A stretch of 64,000 nt of DNA from the human T2T-CHM13v2.0 reference genome, Homo sapiens, in NCBI RefSeq assembly GCF_009914755.1, contig NC_060934.1; one strand, given 5' to 3'. The notes under the pieces are model-generated. The model worked only from the letters and a program-made list of their open reading frames with translations. It made no database searches and was not told the origin of the DNA. This document shows, piece by piece, positions 43,200 through 56,335 of the stretch. Numbering within the stretch: the first letter of the stretch is position 1; each line of letters starts with the position of its first letter. A program made the position numbers and the translations under genes.

Positions 43200-44866
43200 T
43201 GCTTACCTGGGGCAGACACTGGACCCCAGAAAAGCTTGTGAGAAGAAATCAGTAAAATTTGAAAATTTGTAATGAATTGCTAAGGCCAAGGACCCACTTG
43301 AGTGTGGAACCTGGTGGAGTCAAAGACACTGGAGGAATGTGAACTCACAAATCATTCTACACAGAGCTCACAAGGCTTTCCTGAGAAAGACTGGCAGCAA
43401 GGTTGGCAAGGTTAGGGGAGGGGAGCAGCAGTAACTATAAGAAAGGCACAAAGCTCTGCTTGGGTCCAGATCCTCTCTCTCCCTTACACAGCAATGACTT
43501 CATCACCAGGAAAAGAGTAGCACCCTTTGCATCTGACAGAGCAATTTAAGACAGAACAAAACTCTAACATGGAAGGAGAAAGAAGACATCATTAGCCCAG
43601 ACCATGAAAGATTCCCTTCCATTGAGCAAAGAAAAAGTTCAGTGGGAAGACTTTACCTCCAAGACCCAGGGACACAGCACCTATGAAGACTGAGGCTGAA
43701 TCAGAAAAACAGAAAACCCTCCATCTCTACCATGAGGTTAGCAGGTTTTGAGTAGTAACTAACAACAGTATACTGTAGGGAGAGGATCAAGAAGATTGGT
43801 GGAGATCTTCTCTGAGGTGTAGAAATAAGAGGAAAACCTAACACAAGGGTGAAACAGATATTAAGAAAAGTCTTTTGTCAAAAGAGTCCCACCCTAAATG
43901 CAAGATAATGCTACAGGAACTGAGAATCATTGTTACCTATGGTGCAGGAGGGTAACTACACACAACAATCCCCAAACCCAGCTCAAAAACAGACCAAGTT
44001 AATTCAATAGCCCAAAAAAGGCCTATCAAAAATCAAAGCATGCTCAATCTCAGGTAGACATTATTTAAATCAGTCTCTACTGTCATATCCATCGTCAACA
44101 AAAAAAATTATGAGACCCACAATAAAGCAAGAAAAAATAAAAAAAAAAAACTTACGCTCAAGAGACAAAGTATTCAATGAAACTTGTTTTAGAGACGACT
44201 CAGATGTTGCAACTATCTGACAGGGATTTTTAAAATAGCTATGACTAAAATGCAAGAGTCTCTTGACTAAGAAGATAACAATACAGACGCACAGATGGAA
44301 AATTTCAGCAGAGAGATAGAAACGTAATTAAAAAATTCAATTGAAATGCTAAAATTAAAAACATGATTAAAAAATACATGTTTGATAAACTCCTGGACCC
44401 CTTAAGACAAGAATTAGTAAACTAAAATTAGGTCAATAGAAACCACCCACAAAAAAACAGAAAATAAAAGATTTCTGTAACTTTTTTAAAGAATAGAGCA
44501 AAAACAAGAGATGTGAACAACATCAAACCGTATAACATGTGCGTAACTGAAATCCCAAAGGAGAAGAGAGAATGGGACGAAAAAATTTGAAGGGATAGTG
44601 TCCAATAGTTTGTCAAAATTAATGAAAGATACTAAATCATATGTCAACAAAGTTCAGAGGACATGAGGCAGGCTAAGTAAAAACAAAGCACCCAAAACCC
44701 TTTTGACACACCATATTAAAAATGCTGATTATTAGAGAAAAAGTAAGTCTTGAGGTTAGCCAGACAAAAAAAGATACTTTATATATGAACAAAGGGAAGG
44801 TTTCAGCAGACTTATTATCAGCAACTATGCAAGTCATAAGACAATGGAGTAGTATCTTCAAAGCAC
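43200..44866 (+). mobile_element. Old L1M 5' region including decayed ORF1
   Basis: The ORF at 44722 (SADLLSATMQVIRQWSSIFKA) matches the L1 ORF1p C-terminal motif; also 'aaatttcagcagagagatagaaac' and 'aaatcccaaaggagaagagagaatggg'. Confidence 0.78.
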
Positions 44867-44927
44867 ACCCACATCCACATCCACACCCCCCTACACAAAC
44901 ACACGTGCACACACACACACACACACA
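44865..44927. repeat. Imperfect (CA)n/CCACAT microsatellite
   Basis: Read directly. Confidence 0.9.
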
Positions 44928-44929
44928 CC

Positions 44930-45355
44930 CCTAAAGTCTCTATGTGCAGATCCATAATCATCCAAAGAACAGAGAAAGCTCCATAAAGATTTTTGAGCCA
45001 TTGTCTCAGCATAACTTTCTGCTCATCAATAATCTACCTAGAATATCATAGGCACTTTAGTATCCCTGATATCTGATTTCTCCATTCTCAACTAAGCAAG
45101 ATGGTTAGGCTCTATCTGGGTTCTCTCGGCACTGCACTTCCAGAATAGACCTCAGGCAGAAAGATTTATGAAGCTGGAACTTCATTTGTCTCCCTTTTCT
45201 AAGATAGTAGTGCAGTCTAAAAGCCAATGTCTGAAAATGCTTGTTTTCTTTTTATTTTTTCCTAGGTTTCTACTTATTTACAGCAGGAGGGTAATTTCTT
45301 TTTTGTTTTGGGCTAGATTTAATTTCCTTTGATTTACTCACCCATGGCAGAGGGA
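44930..45355 (-). mobile_element. Old L1ME 5'-end fragment
   Basis: 'ccaatgtctgaaaatgcttgttttc...tttctacttatttacagcaggagggtaattt' resembles a reversed L1ME 5' terminus. Confidence 0.5.
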
Positions 45356-47699
45356 GCTGTCTGTTGATCCTTTCACAATTTATCCTCATTATCAAAATTA
45401 CTGTCATAATTTAAAATCAATTAAAATTAAAAATACACTGTTTTCTACTTTTATCTCATCTTTTTCTCTAATATACATGAGTAGTAGTATTGAAAATATG
45501 AGGTTTGGTTGCAAGCATGTGTAAGAAACTAATCTTTTTTGCTTCTCACAGTTAGGCAACCAAGGCTTCTCTACATAGGCAAAGAATGGTGATTTATTAG
45601 TCTCCAATATTTCAATGAGACAGAATATGACAATTATCTTTGGCTTTTCATTGTTCTGTGCATGTTTTACTCTAACCCTTTTTAATTTTTCTACCCTCAT
45701 CACCTCATCCCATGTGGAGGACATCAGTCTCAGTCACTCATCCTGTAATCAGAGTTGTCCTCATAGACAAATTAATGAGAGGTTAAGTGGGATTTGGGAA
45801 TTAATAGATCATAGCACACTGACCAGCTTGGGATATCTGGTAATCATTCAAAGGGAGATTTCTTATCAACTTATGTAATTATAGTATCTTCAATATTTAG
45901 AGATTCTAATGAGGCACTTAGGTTGATTTTTGATCGTATAACGGTTTGCAGTGGGAATAGCATACGATTGATGGCAGAGAGACATTGGTCCAACACCAGC
46001 TGACATTCCTTCATTCTTCAATTTTTTTTTTCATTTTTTACCAGACTATGCATGTTACATTAAAATCTCTGTCAATAAGCATCTTCATCTGATTGGAGTA
46101 ATAATTCTATCATGACAATATATTCATATATTTATTTATTAGAAAAACACCTAATGTTTGGCCCATAATAGGCCAATAAATTAACTCAAGTCCTTTCACA
46201 CCCTAAGCAGAAGGTTTATGTTGCCTTGATATAATTCATCCTTGGGATGAACTTTTGTTGAGCAAAAACTCATATATATTAAACAATAAGAAATTAAATA
46301 AAAATAACTACTAGGTAATCTAGTATGTCCAGCTGTATTGCGAGATTGTACACATGGCATGTTCTCTGTCCAGTTCGGATTTAAGTAACTCAGGTGAAGA
46401 AGCTCCCCATGGAGACCCATCCACAGTCTAACAGATCTCACTATTACGCAAGAGTTGCTAACATTCTGCCTTGGTTTCTCTTTGCTCTATTTTGTCTCAT
46501 CACTCCTCATTAAAACAACAAGATACAAACTATAATAACAAGGAGAAGGCTGCCTGGTAGTTACTCACCTTACTATAGACATTTCCACATTGTCACTGGT
46601 TTCATTTTTATTTTGAACAAAACTTTAAAAGACCTTCAAATATTTCACCAATGGAAAATATAAAGGCTTCCAGTGGTTACTTGACCTCAAATTAATTTCT
46701 CTCTTCTTCTTTAATAAAACGAAAAGATTGTCTGAAGCATAACTCTTGGATGCTGACAAATATTATGAATGCTTAACTCAGATGCAGAAGCATTGATTTT
46801 CTTAGATCCAATAAAAGGTGATTCTTCATTTGTGATTTGGCAGATAATATACTGTAATTTTATAACCGCTCTGTGTGATCTACATCAGTCATACTATTCA
46901 GACTTATTTTGCCAAGCATTTACAAGGTGAAGGTCATTGCTGCCTCTAGGACACAAAGCCCTTGATTCATGGCTTAGAAACATCAAGGTTTTATTTATTG
47001 CAATTTATTGTTTGCTGCCTTTAGCCTATTCACAACAGCATCTTTAGTTTATTTTGAGGTTGGCATCTTGAATGATGGTTCTTATCAATAGACCAGCCTA
47101 CTGTGAAATGTCACATGGAGCTATTGTCAGTTACCTAATTGCTTTAAACATATTTGCATATACACAACTTGATTTTCATCTCTTCTTGCAGAGGGATTAT
47201 GCATTACAGAAAGAAGAAAAAGCAAAAAGAAAAAAAAAGGATTTGAAGGGTTTGTAACTCTGGTTTGCTTTTCATTAAGAATTCAATCTTTTCTCCATAC
47301 AATGACTCCCATTGGAGCAATAAAAGGATTTACACCTTTAAGCCTTTTTGTAACACTTATTTTCCACAGCAGTAGTTCTATGCTTAATTGTCATGTACTT
47401 TAAGAACAACAAGCTTTCTCTATTATACGAGGCTGTATAATGCTAATTAGTTAATTTATGACAATAAGGTTTATAATGACATTTCAGTACCTTCCCTGTG
47501 CCAAGTGGCCAGTTAAAAGAATGGGTTATCAATTGATAACTAAATCATCAGTTGTTTTCAGCAAACCTTTTCCTCAAAGTTCACTTTCGAGATTACTTCT
47601 CAGAATGTCTTTCCCCAAAGTTCCACAGGGAATATTTCTGCAAGAAAGTCTTTCCCCAAAGTTCCACAGGGAACTTCCACTAATATTTAATCATTTCCT

Positions 47700-47840
47700 T
47701 TTCTGCTCAGGGTATATTTTGCTCTTGTTCCTGCAAGCTTTTTGAGAGCCAAAACTCTAATTCTGTGTTTCATCGATCTTCATATTCACAGCCTAAACAC
47801 AACATCTACCACATGGCAGATGCTCAATAAAGTGAATGAA
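47700..47840 (+). mobile_element. L2 3' end
   Basis: 'cagcctaaacacaacatctaccacatggcagatgctcaataaagtgaatgaa'. Confidence 0.68.
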
Positions 47841-48740
47841 CTTAAACTCCATATTAATAACACTAGCAAAATCCATATACCAAGAAAATCTCCAGGGAAT
47901 TCAAATCATGTGGTTCCAATGAGACATTATTAAAATAAATACATTCCTTAATAAAACAAGAATTTCCATCATTCCAGGTTTCTTGCCTTTGTGTAATACC
48001 TTATGAAGTCTAAGATCAATCGTTTCCTTGTTTTTGCCCTCATATTTCAGGTTGCTCCATTTTCCTGCTCATTCTTGGATCTATTTTGTGAGGCTGGACT
48101 TATTGACTGGTTTGTTAATTTGTATGAATTTTAGCTTACTGATGTTTGGGATAAAGATTAATTCAGTATACATTTTAACTGTATTTTAAAATTCTAATGT
48201 CAGTGAGAGAGGTGAAGCATAATTGCTGCTAATATTGGACAGTATGACAAAAAAATAGCATAGAATTAAGCCATATACCATGTGTACTTAACTGAAATTG
48301 GATCCATGAATGGGTTTCAGATAATCCATAAATCGCTGAAATTGTGTTTAAAATTGGGTGGTATGGTTTTCAGCAGATTATCCAAAAATTTCAAGAACTA
48401 CTGCCACAAATCAGATACTCATTGATATTTCCCTTATAAATTCCTCCACAGCTACCTGAGAACAATTTGATTATTTTCAATTTCCATATAATCTCTTGAT
48501 TAGATCTGTTAAACAGAGGAGGCCAGGCAAAACATTTTTGTAGAAGTATTTGGTGTGCTGAATTTATTATAATCAAGTTAACAGATGCTTGGTCTGTCAG
48601 AAATGGGCTGGAATAGGAAAAGACCTATTATATAGATTTTTAAAAATAATACTTTTGTATATAGCATGAGAAAATGACAAGGGTGGCTATAGATACAGAT
48701 ACAGAGAAATATTCTGTTGTTTCCTGTGCCATTTGTAAAA

Positions 48741-48808
48741 AGACACACAGACACACAGACACACAGACACACACACACACACACACAGACACACACACAC
48801 ACACACAC
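48741..48808. repeat. Compound (GACACACA)n/(CA)n microsatellite
   Basis: Read directly. Confidence 0.95.
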
Positions 48809-48819
48809 CCTGAAAATTG

Positions 48820-51476
48820 AAAATTTTGGCACCACTGTCTAAAGTCAATTGAGACTTTATATTCCAATAATCTAGATGTTTATTTCTATACCGATATTAC
48901 ACACTATCTTGAATGGTGTAGCTTTATAGCAAATCTTAAAATCCAACTTTTTTTTCTTTTGCAATATTATTTTGGATGATCTATATCCTCCACATTTTAT
49001 ATGCATATTAGATTCAGCATGATAATTTCCACAAAAAAAGCTGCTGACGTTTTGATCAAGGATTTATACATTGGATTTATATGTCTGTTTGGAGAGAATA
49101 TTGTGAAAATATCATAGCCTGAAATGAGTGATCATAGTGTATCTCCAAATGTATTTAGAATCTTTGTAATATCTTACAACAATTCTTCAAAAATATTTTT
49201 TCTACAGGTCTTGCATCATATTTTGTTTTATGTTCACTGAAGTATTTTATGAAATTGAATGCTGTAAATAATGTTACATTTTAAAATATATTTCCAGTTA
49301 TTTGTTGCTAATGTACAGAAAAAGAGTAAATTTTATATATTAATCTTGTCACCCTGTTAAATATTAGGTATAGAGTACATTTTGGGAGAAACCTTAAACA
49401 TTTTTTGCAAACATTTTGCCTGTGAACAAAGACATGTTTACTTCTTTTTATCCAATATGCATTCTTATGATTTCCTTTTTTACTCTACTCTTCTTGTTAG
49501 GGCATCCAGTACCTAGTGAACAAAAGCTATGAGAGTGGACATCTGAGCCTTATGCCTGACCTTAAAAATGTTACTTGTCTTATTGTGCATTCCTTCAATC
49601 AGGTTTTAAAATTCCCATCTATTTCTAGTTTTCTGTAATTTTTATCATAAATAAATGCTGAATTTAGTCTGTTTATTTCCACCATAGAGATGATCACATG
49701 CCTTTTCTCCATTATGTTGTTAAAATGAAGAATTAATATATTGATTGATTTTCAAGTGTTAAACCAAATTTTTCATTGCTGTTGTAATCTCCACTTAAGT
49801 CTGTGATGTGGTTCAAGGCATGCTGCCCCCAAATATGGCACATTGGCATTTGAGAAAACAGCCAAAGCAGAAAAGTCTCTCTCACCTTCCCCTTACCCTT
49901 CTTTCTTAAAGCAGGTCATAAAACATAGAAAGAATTTTCTGACATTCTCTTGAAGTAGGTCGTAAGACCCTCATGGAGTGGTTTTCACTCTATATGCAGA
50001 AGAAAGGAACTCCTTATCTTTGAAGAGAATAATCTGAAGAAACAGACCTTGCCAAGTTCCCCCCAGTTTATCATCATAAATAAACTCTGTCCTCCCATCA
50101 CCTTTCTCCATGACTTTCTACCCTTCATCTAACCTAAGCATAAAAATACACGAGTTTCACTGTTACTTGTGGTCTTCATTTCCTTATGGAGATTGCTCTG
50201 TCATGCAAAACTTCTATTAAATAAAATTATATACTTTTCTCCTGTTAACTTATCTTTGCTGTTGGTGCCTTACCCATGAAACTGGTGGTGGGTGAGAAAT
50301 CTTTCCTGAATCATGATATATCAGCTTTTTTAGCATATGATTGATTACTATTTTCTCACATTTATTCAAAGAAATATACATCTTTGTTCACATGGAATAT
50401 TGATCGGTAGGGCTTTTTAAAATTTTTCTATAATATCTGGTCTGGTACCATCTGAGGATACTGCTGATCTAATAAAATAAGTGCTCCCTCATCCTCTATT
50501 TTCCTTAAGTTTAAATTGAGTTCATAGTGTTTTTTCTTAACTGTTTGATATAATTTACCAGTAAAACCATCTATCTGGTCATGAAATTTCCTTTGTGAGC
50601 AGATTGTCAATTGCCAATACAATTTCTTTCCTACATATTTGACTATTCAGATTATCTGTTTCTTCAGTGAGTTTGTGTCTTTCAAGATATTTGTCCATTT
50701 TACTTATGTTTTAAATGGGTTGGCATAAAGTTGTTCATAAAATTTACTTTCCCTATTACCATACAATTTCCTACAGTAGCTGTCATGAGTCCCACTTTTA
50801 TTACTTCTTAATTTATGTCTTTTATTCTGATCAATCTGACTAGAGTTTTACTAATTTCATTGATCTTTTTAAAGGCAAGCTTTTGATTCAGTTGCCTTTA
50901 TTACTCATTTCTATTTCTTTGATTCCTACTTAATTTATTTTTTCTTTTTACAGTAGTTTAATTGTTCTTCTTTTCCCACCTTCTAACAATAATCACTGAT
51001 TTAAACTTTTCTGATGTTTTTTAAATGAACTTTAAAAGTTAAAGATTTCTCTCTAATCAGTATTTTAACAAAATCCCATAAATTTGACAGGTTTTGCTTT
51101 TGTTTTCATTCAGTTCAAAATATTTTCTAGTTTTCCCTTTAACTCCTTCTTTAATCCATTAGTTATTTAGGAGTATGTTAGAAACATTTCTAATATCTTT
51201 ATTATTCCATTTAAATTTATTTCTATTATGATATTAGAGCATAATATATATTATTTCAATAACTTCAAATGTATTGAGCTTTCTTCTATGGTAAAACTTA
51301 TAGTCTAGCTTTGTGAATGTATCATTTATATTTATATTCTGTTTTGGTTAGGTGGAATCCTCTGTCAATGTCAGTTAGTTGGTGTGTTGTGTACTGGCTT
51401 TCATGTCTGCTGTATTATTACTGATTTCTATCTACTTTTCCTGTCACTTGCTGAGAGGGTAATATTAAAATTTCTA
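48820..51476 (-). mobile_element. Old L1M ORF2 fragment, interrupted by a MER34-like LTR
   Basis: Antisense ORF2 motifs 'gagagtggacatctgagccttatgcctgacctta', 'taatttaccagtaaaaccatct' (DGFTGKLYQT in the ORF at 50428) and 'atcccataaatttgacagg'. Confidence 0.82.
49802..50310 (+). mobile_element. MER34-family-like ERV1 solo LTR
   Basis: 'gttcaaggcatgctgcccccaaatatggcacattggcatttgagaaaacagc', 'aacagaccttgccaagttccccccagttta', aataaa and 'ttttctcctgttaacttatcttt'. Confidence 0.72.
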
Positions 51477-51635
51477 ATACATATATATAACTATATATAT
51501 CATACATATATGCTTTCTAATATATATATAGTAGAAATTTTGATATTCCCCTCTCAGCAAGTGACAGGAAAAGTAGATAGAAATCAGTAAGAATACAGCA
51601 GACATGAAAGCCAGTGTACAACACACCAACGAACT
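51373..51635. repeat. Long inverted repeat: 104-bp arms (51373-51476, 51532-51635), 55-bp TA-rich spacer
   Basis: Manual reverse-complement alignment gives 98/104 identity with no indels. Confidence 0.95.
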
Positions 51636-51795
51636 ATATATAGTGTATGAAAACTATATATAATGTTCGATATGTAGTGTATATATATATATATACACAC
51701 ATACACTCTGTATATATATACATATATACATATGTGTGTGTATATATATATAGACTCTCATATCTATATATGTATATAGATATGAGAGAGAGAGA
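51635..51795. repeat. TA-rich compound microsatellite
   Basis: Read directly. Confidence 0.9.
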
Positions 51796-52862
51796 ATCAT
51801 TATTTTCTTTGTGAATAAATTTCATAAGAGATTAGTACTTATATCCTAAGGTTATGAGAGTTAGAAATAGGATAACGTATACAAAGCAATTTAAACACTG
51901 TCTGGTAACCCAGCACTAAAGGTAATAACGATAAATACCATCTTTATTATTTACATCACCTCTTTCTCAAGCTGCCCATTTACTCTAGAACATTACAAAA
52001 TTAAAATCATGTATAATATTGGTTTGATAAGACATGTATACGGAAACAAAAATTTAACAATACCATTATTATTGCACAGAGACTTTTCAAGGAGCTGAGA
52101 CTCAGACATTAAAAAAAGTTGAATTCAATAGAGTAAATACAGACTAGTATAAGATGAATTTTATGGCTGGGAACAAATAATACAAGTGAATCAAGATAGA
52201 TTATGTAAATGCAATGACAGGAGGATATGTCATCATTTGCTCCAGCTAAACCCAAATAAATAAACACACACATAAATGCATAATAACTTCATGCATTTTA
52301 TACAAGGACAGACACCAGGCAGCCAGAAATTTGTAAAGCCAGAATCCAAAAGATGAACACAATGTATGAAGTTATCTCTCTGTAAGTGTCTTTCAAAATT
52401 TTATACACAAGGAGCTCTCAGGATTTTTCTTGTTTTTACTGCTCTATGGTGCAGATGTTTCTACCATAGGCCTTAAAATCACTGATTACCACTTTAGAGA
52501 GCACCATTATCATAAAACCTCACTCAAAGTCGGATAGGGATGTTTTGCATATTGTCTAATCTCTTACGTGTCTCATACCACTCTAATTACTTGAATATTC
52601 TTGGCAAGAATATTCAACCTTCTACATCAGTAACTTCTCAACACTTTATAACATTTTTAACACTCTAGGAGATATTCCCACTACATTAAATTCTTCTTTT
52701 AACTAAACCAAGACTAATTAATTTTATGATATATTTTATAGTATATAACCACAAATAATTTGATGTAATTTTATGGTATATTACATAAGCATATATAGTA
52801 ATTCTGGATTATCTAAGCTTTCCATTTATAATTATTCAGTGGCTGTTAAAAAGAAGAAAAGA

Positions 52863-53171
<309 letters not shown>

Positions 53172-54086
53172 TTATGCTATTTTTCAAGTCATTGAACATA
53201 TATTTTATTATTTGCTTATCAGTGACATATACTTGATACTAAAAATGAAATGCAATAAGATTTGGCCATTTAGAATTCTACTTTTATCTTATCTGAGTGG
53301 CAGTATATTTTAAGTTACACCACAAGAGCTATTGTTTGATTACTCGATTATATTCTCTGCCTTCTTGGTCTGTTGATCATTTGTGTTACTAATTTAGTAT
53401 GTGTGCTTTTGAGGAGATCCCTAGCTTTGAGCAGCTAAGTGTACTTGGTACTCTATGTGGAGAGTTCCTTTTTGCTAAACAAGCATATGAGACACCAACA
53501 AACAACAGGAAATTATTCCTGAGTTTATCTAGGAGAAAACCAAACATAATCTGAACAAAGGGAATATAGAAAATTCAGAGAAGTTAGTTTATACTTCAGC
53601 AAATGGCTTACATATCTGTATGACAGGAACATGCCTCTTTATCGATAAGATAAAATGACATATCATCTTAAAGAAACAAATGTAAAAGTCATTCCAAATT
53701 TTGTTATTTGTCATTCACCTAGTAGGAATAGATGGAATTGCTATTAAATTAGAGAAAGCACAGATTGGCCCTAATATTAAATGGTCTTAAAGTAAAAAGC
53801 TAAATGCATATTAAAATGAAAGATGGCAGAAGTGGAATTTACTTCTATAATGTAAAGAAAATGGAACAAACAAAAACAAAAGTTTCCACAAGTGGAAAAA
53901 AGGTAAAAGTAAAGTAAAAAGTGTAAGGATTTCTAAAGCAACATCAGTATAATCTAGACAGGTGGGATCCAGTCATGAGAATAAGAAACAAAAACACACC
54001 AACTAATTGGCGGGTAAGTAAATTTGCTTTTGTTCGTGATTTTTAGAAGAAATAATAAGAATGAATTAACAAAAGGATCTTGGGGG

Positions 54087-54385
54087 TTTTTTTGTTGTTT
54101 TTTGATACAGAGTCTCCCTCCTTCACCCAGCCTGGAGTTCAGTGATGCAGTCTCACTCCACTGCACCTTCCACCTCCTGGGTTCAAGAGATTCTTGTGCC
54201 TCAGCCTCCTGAGTAGCTGGAATAACAGACCTGTGACACTGTGCCTGGCTAAACTTTGTATTTTTAGTAGAGACAGGGTTTTGCCATATTGGCCAGGCTG
54301 GTCGCAAACTCCTGGCCTCAAGTGATCTGCCCACCTAGGCCTCCCAAAGTGCTGGGATTACAGGTGTGAGCCACCTTGCCTGGCC
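54087..54385 (-). mobile_element. AluS (Sz/Sx-like) SINE
   Basis: Full dimer in reverse; TSD core gatcttggg on both sides. Confidence 0.92.
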
Positions 54386-54527
54386 AGATCTTGGGTTTTT
54401 AAAGATCATGTAATCCAATTGTGTGCAAGAATAGCTATTGAAATCCTTGGGTTACATCTTTTTAGTGTTTGTGCGTATGTGTTCATACTATAACATTTTC
54501 TGTGAGCTTTGAGAACTCGGATGTGCT

Positions 54528-54898
54528 TTATATAGTTTGGCTGTGTCCCCACCCAAATCTCATCTGGATTTGTAGCTCCCATAATCCCCGCATGTCATGG
54601 GAGGGACCTGGTGGGTGGTATCTGAATCATAGGGGCAGCCTTTTTCCATGCTGTTGTTGTGTTCTCATGAAAATGATTAAGTCTCACGAGATCTGATGGT
54701 TTCATAAAGGGGAGTTCCCCTGCACACACTCTCTGGCCTGCCTCCATGTAAGATGTGCCTTTGCTCCTCCTTCGCCTTCCGCCATGATTGTGAGGCTTCT
54801 CCAGCCATGTGGAACTATGAGTCCATTAAACCTCTTTTTCTTTTTAAATTACCAGTCTCGGGTATTTCTTCATAGCAGTATAAAAATGGAGTAATACA
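54528..54898 (+). mobile_element. THE1B-like MaLR solo LTR
   Basis: 'atatagtttggctgtgtccccacccaaatctcatc' ... 'aaaggggagttcccctgcacac' ... 'gagtaataca'; TSD gtgct/gtact. Confidence 0.93.
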
Positions 54899-55703
54899 GT
54901 ACTTCTTAGAGGTCTACTGGCTCATCTCTTCTGAGAAGAATTTGATGAAGAATAGAGCCACTGAGCACAGACACAGAGCACCAAAGTTGTAAAGGTTCAA
55001 ATGCAGTAGCTCAGTGGCAGTGGCAGGAGAATAACAAATTCCAGGGGAGTCCTGTGTGACATTTTTAGATTGCACAGATTTGTATTCAGAATGTTATATC
55101 TTGGTTATCATCCAGGTAAAGCCATTGTTTATAATAAAACAGGAAGACAAGGAACATCTGAGCCCTGAACTATGAACCTTACTCCTTATCAGTGGGGCAG
55201 GAGTCTAAGAAATCTGCTTCTGCAGCAATTGTAGATGGGATGGGCCATGCAGGTCTTCTGGCTTTGAAGGGACTGGGTTGCTACATAAGCTGCAAGAATA
55301 TGATCACGGGTGTAAGGATCAAGGATAATGTCCTGCTGTTAAAACTGGATTAGACGGGGGAGATCTGGCTACCAACTGAAGGTCCAATATGTCATTTTGG
55401 GCCATAGTTTCTAGGTCAGGAAAAGTTCTAACATGCTGCTGCTGAATTCCCTTTGGTTAGCTACCTCTTCCACGTGACTAGAATTAGTTCTGAGAAGGAA
55501 GTACTGAGACGTACTAGGAAAGAAAATAATATAAATGAGCAGACCTGGCTGGGTAATTTTCTGTCCTGTGGGGTGTGGCAAACAAACTGCTAACAAGAGG
55601 TGAGAATACAGGGAATACATTACAGCATCACAGGACTTACTCCTCTCCTTTCCTTTTGTAGGTAGCCTTTACATTAAAAATGAAAGTGTGTTTAGAAGAA
55701 CTC

Positions 55704-55750
55704 TGTATTAGGGTTCCCTAGAGGGACAGAACTAATAGGAGATATATATA
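55704..55750 (-). mobile_element. MLT2A LTR terminal remnant
   Basis: 'tgtattagggttccctagagggacagaactaatagga' closely matches the start of the MLT2A copy at 24066 in this window. Confidence 0.85.
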
Positions 55751-56335
55751 TTTATATAAATATACAGAAAATATATATTAAATATACATTTATTTATATA
55801 TATAAATATGTATTAAATATACATTTATTTATATATAAATGTGTATTAAATATACATTTATTTATATATAAATGTGTATTAAATATGCATTTATTTATAT
55901 ATAAATGTGTATTAAATATGCATTTATTTATATATAAATGTATATTAAATATGCATTTATTTATATAAAAATGTATATTAAATATGCATTTATTTAAATA
56001 TATAAATATATATTAAATGTGCATTTATTTACCTATAAATATATATTAAATATGCATTTATTTATAACTATATATTAATATACATTTATTTATATGTAAA
56101 TATATATTAAGTATACATTTATTTATATGTAAATATATATTAAGTATACATTTATTTATTTATATGTAAATATGTATTAAGTATACATTTATTTATATGT
56201 AAATATGTATTAAGTATACATTTATTTATATGTAAATATGTATTAAGTATACATTTATTTATATGTAAATATGTATTAAGCATACATTTATTTATATGTA
56301 AATATATATTAAGTATATTATGTATAAATATATAT
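55742..56335. repeat. AT-rich minisatellite, 33-bp period, ~17 copies
   Basis: Unit e.g. tattaaatatacatttatttatatataaatgtg (starts at 55811 and 55844). Confidence 0.95.

Noticed and set aside
55080-55450. Higher-GC patch that might be ERV internal or pseudogene sequence
   Set aside because: No recognisable protein motif or repeat consensus in any frame
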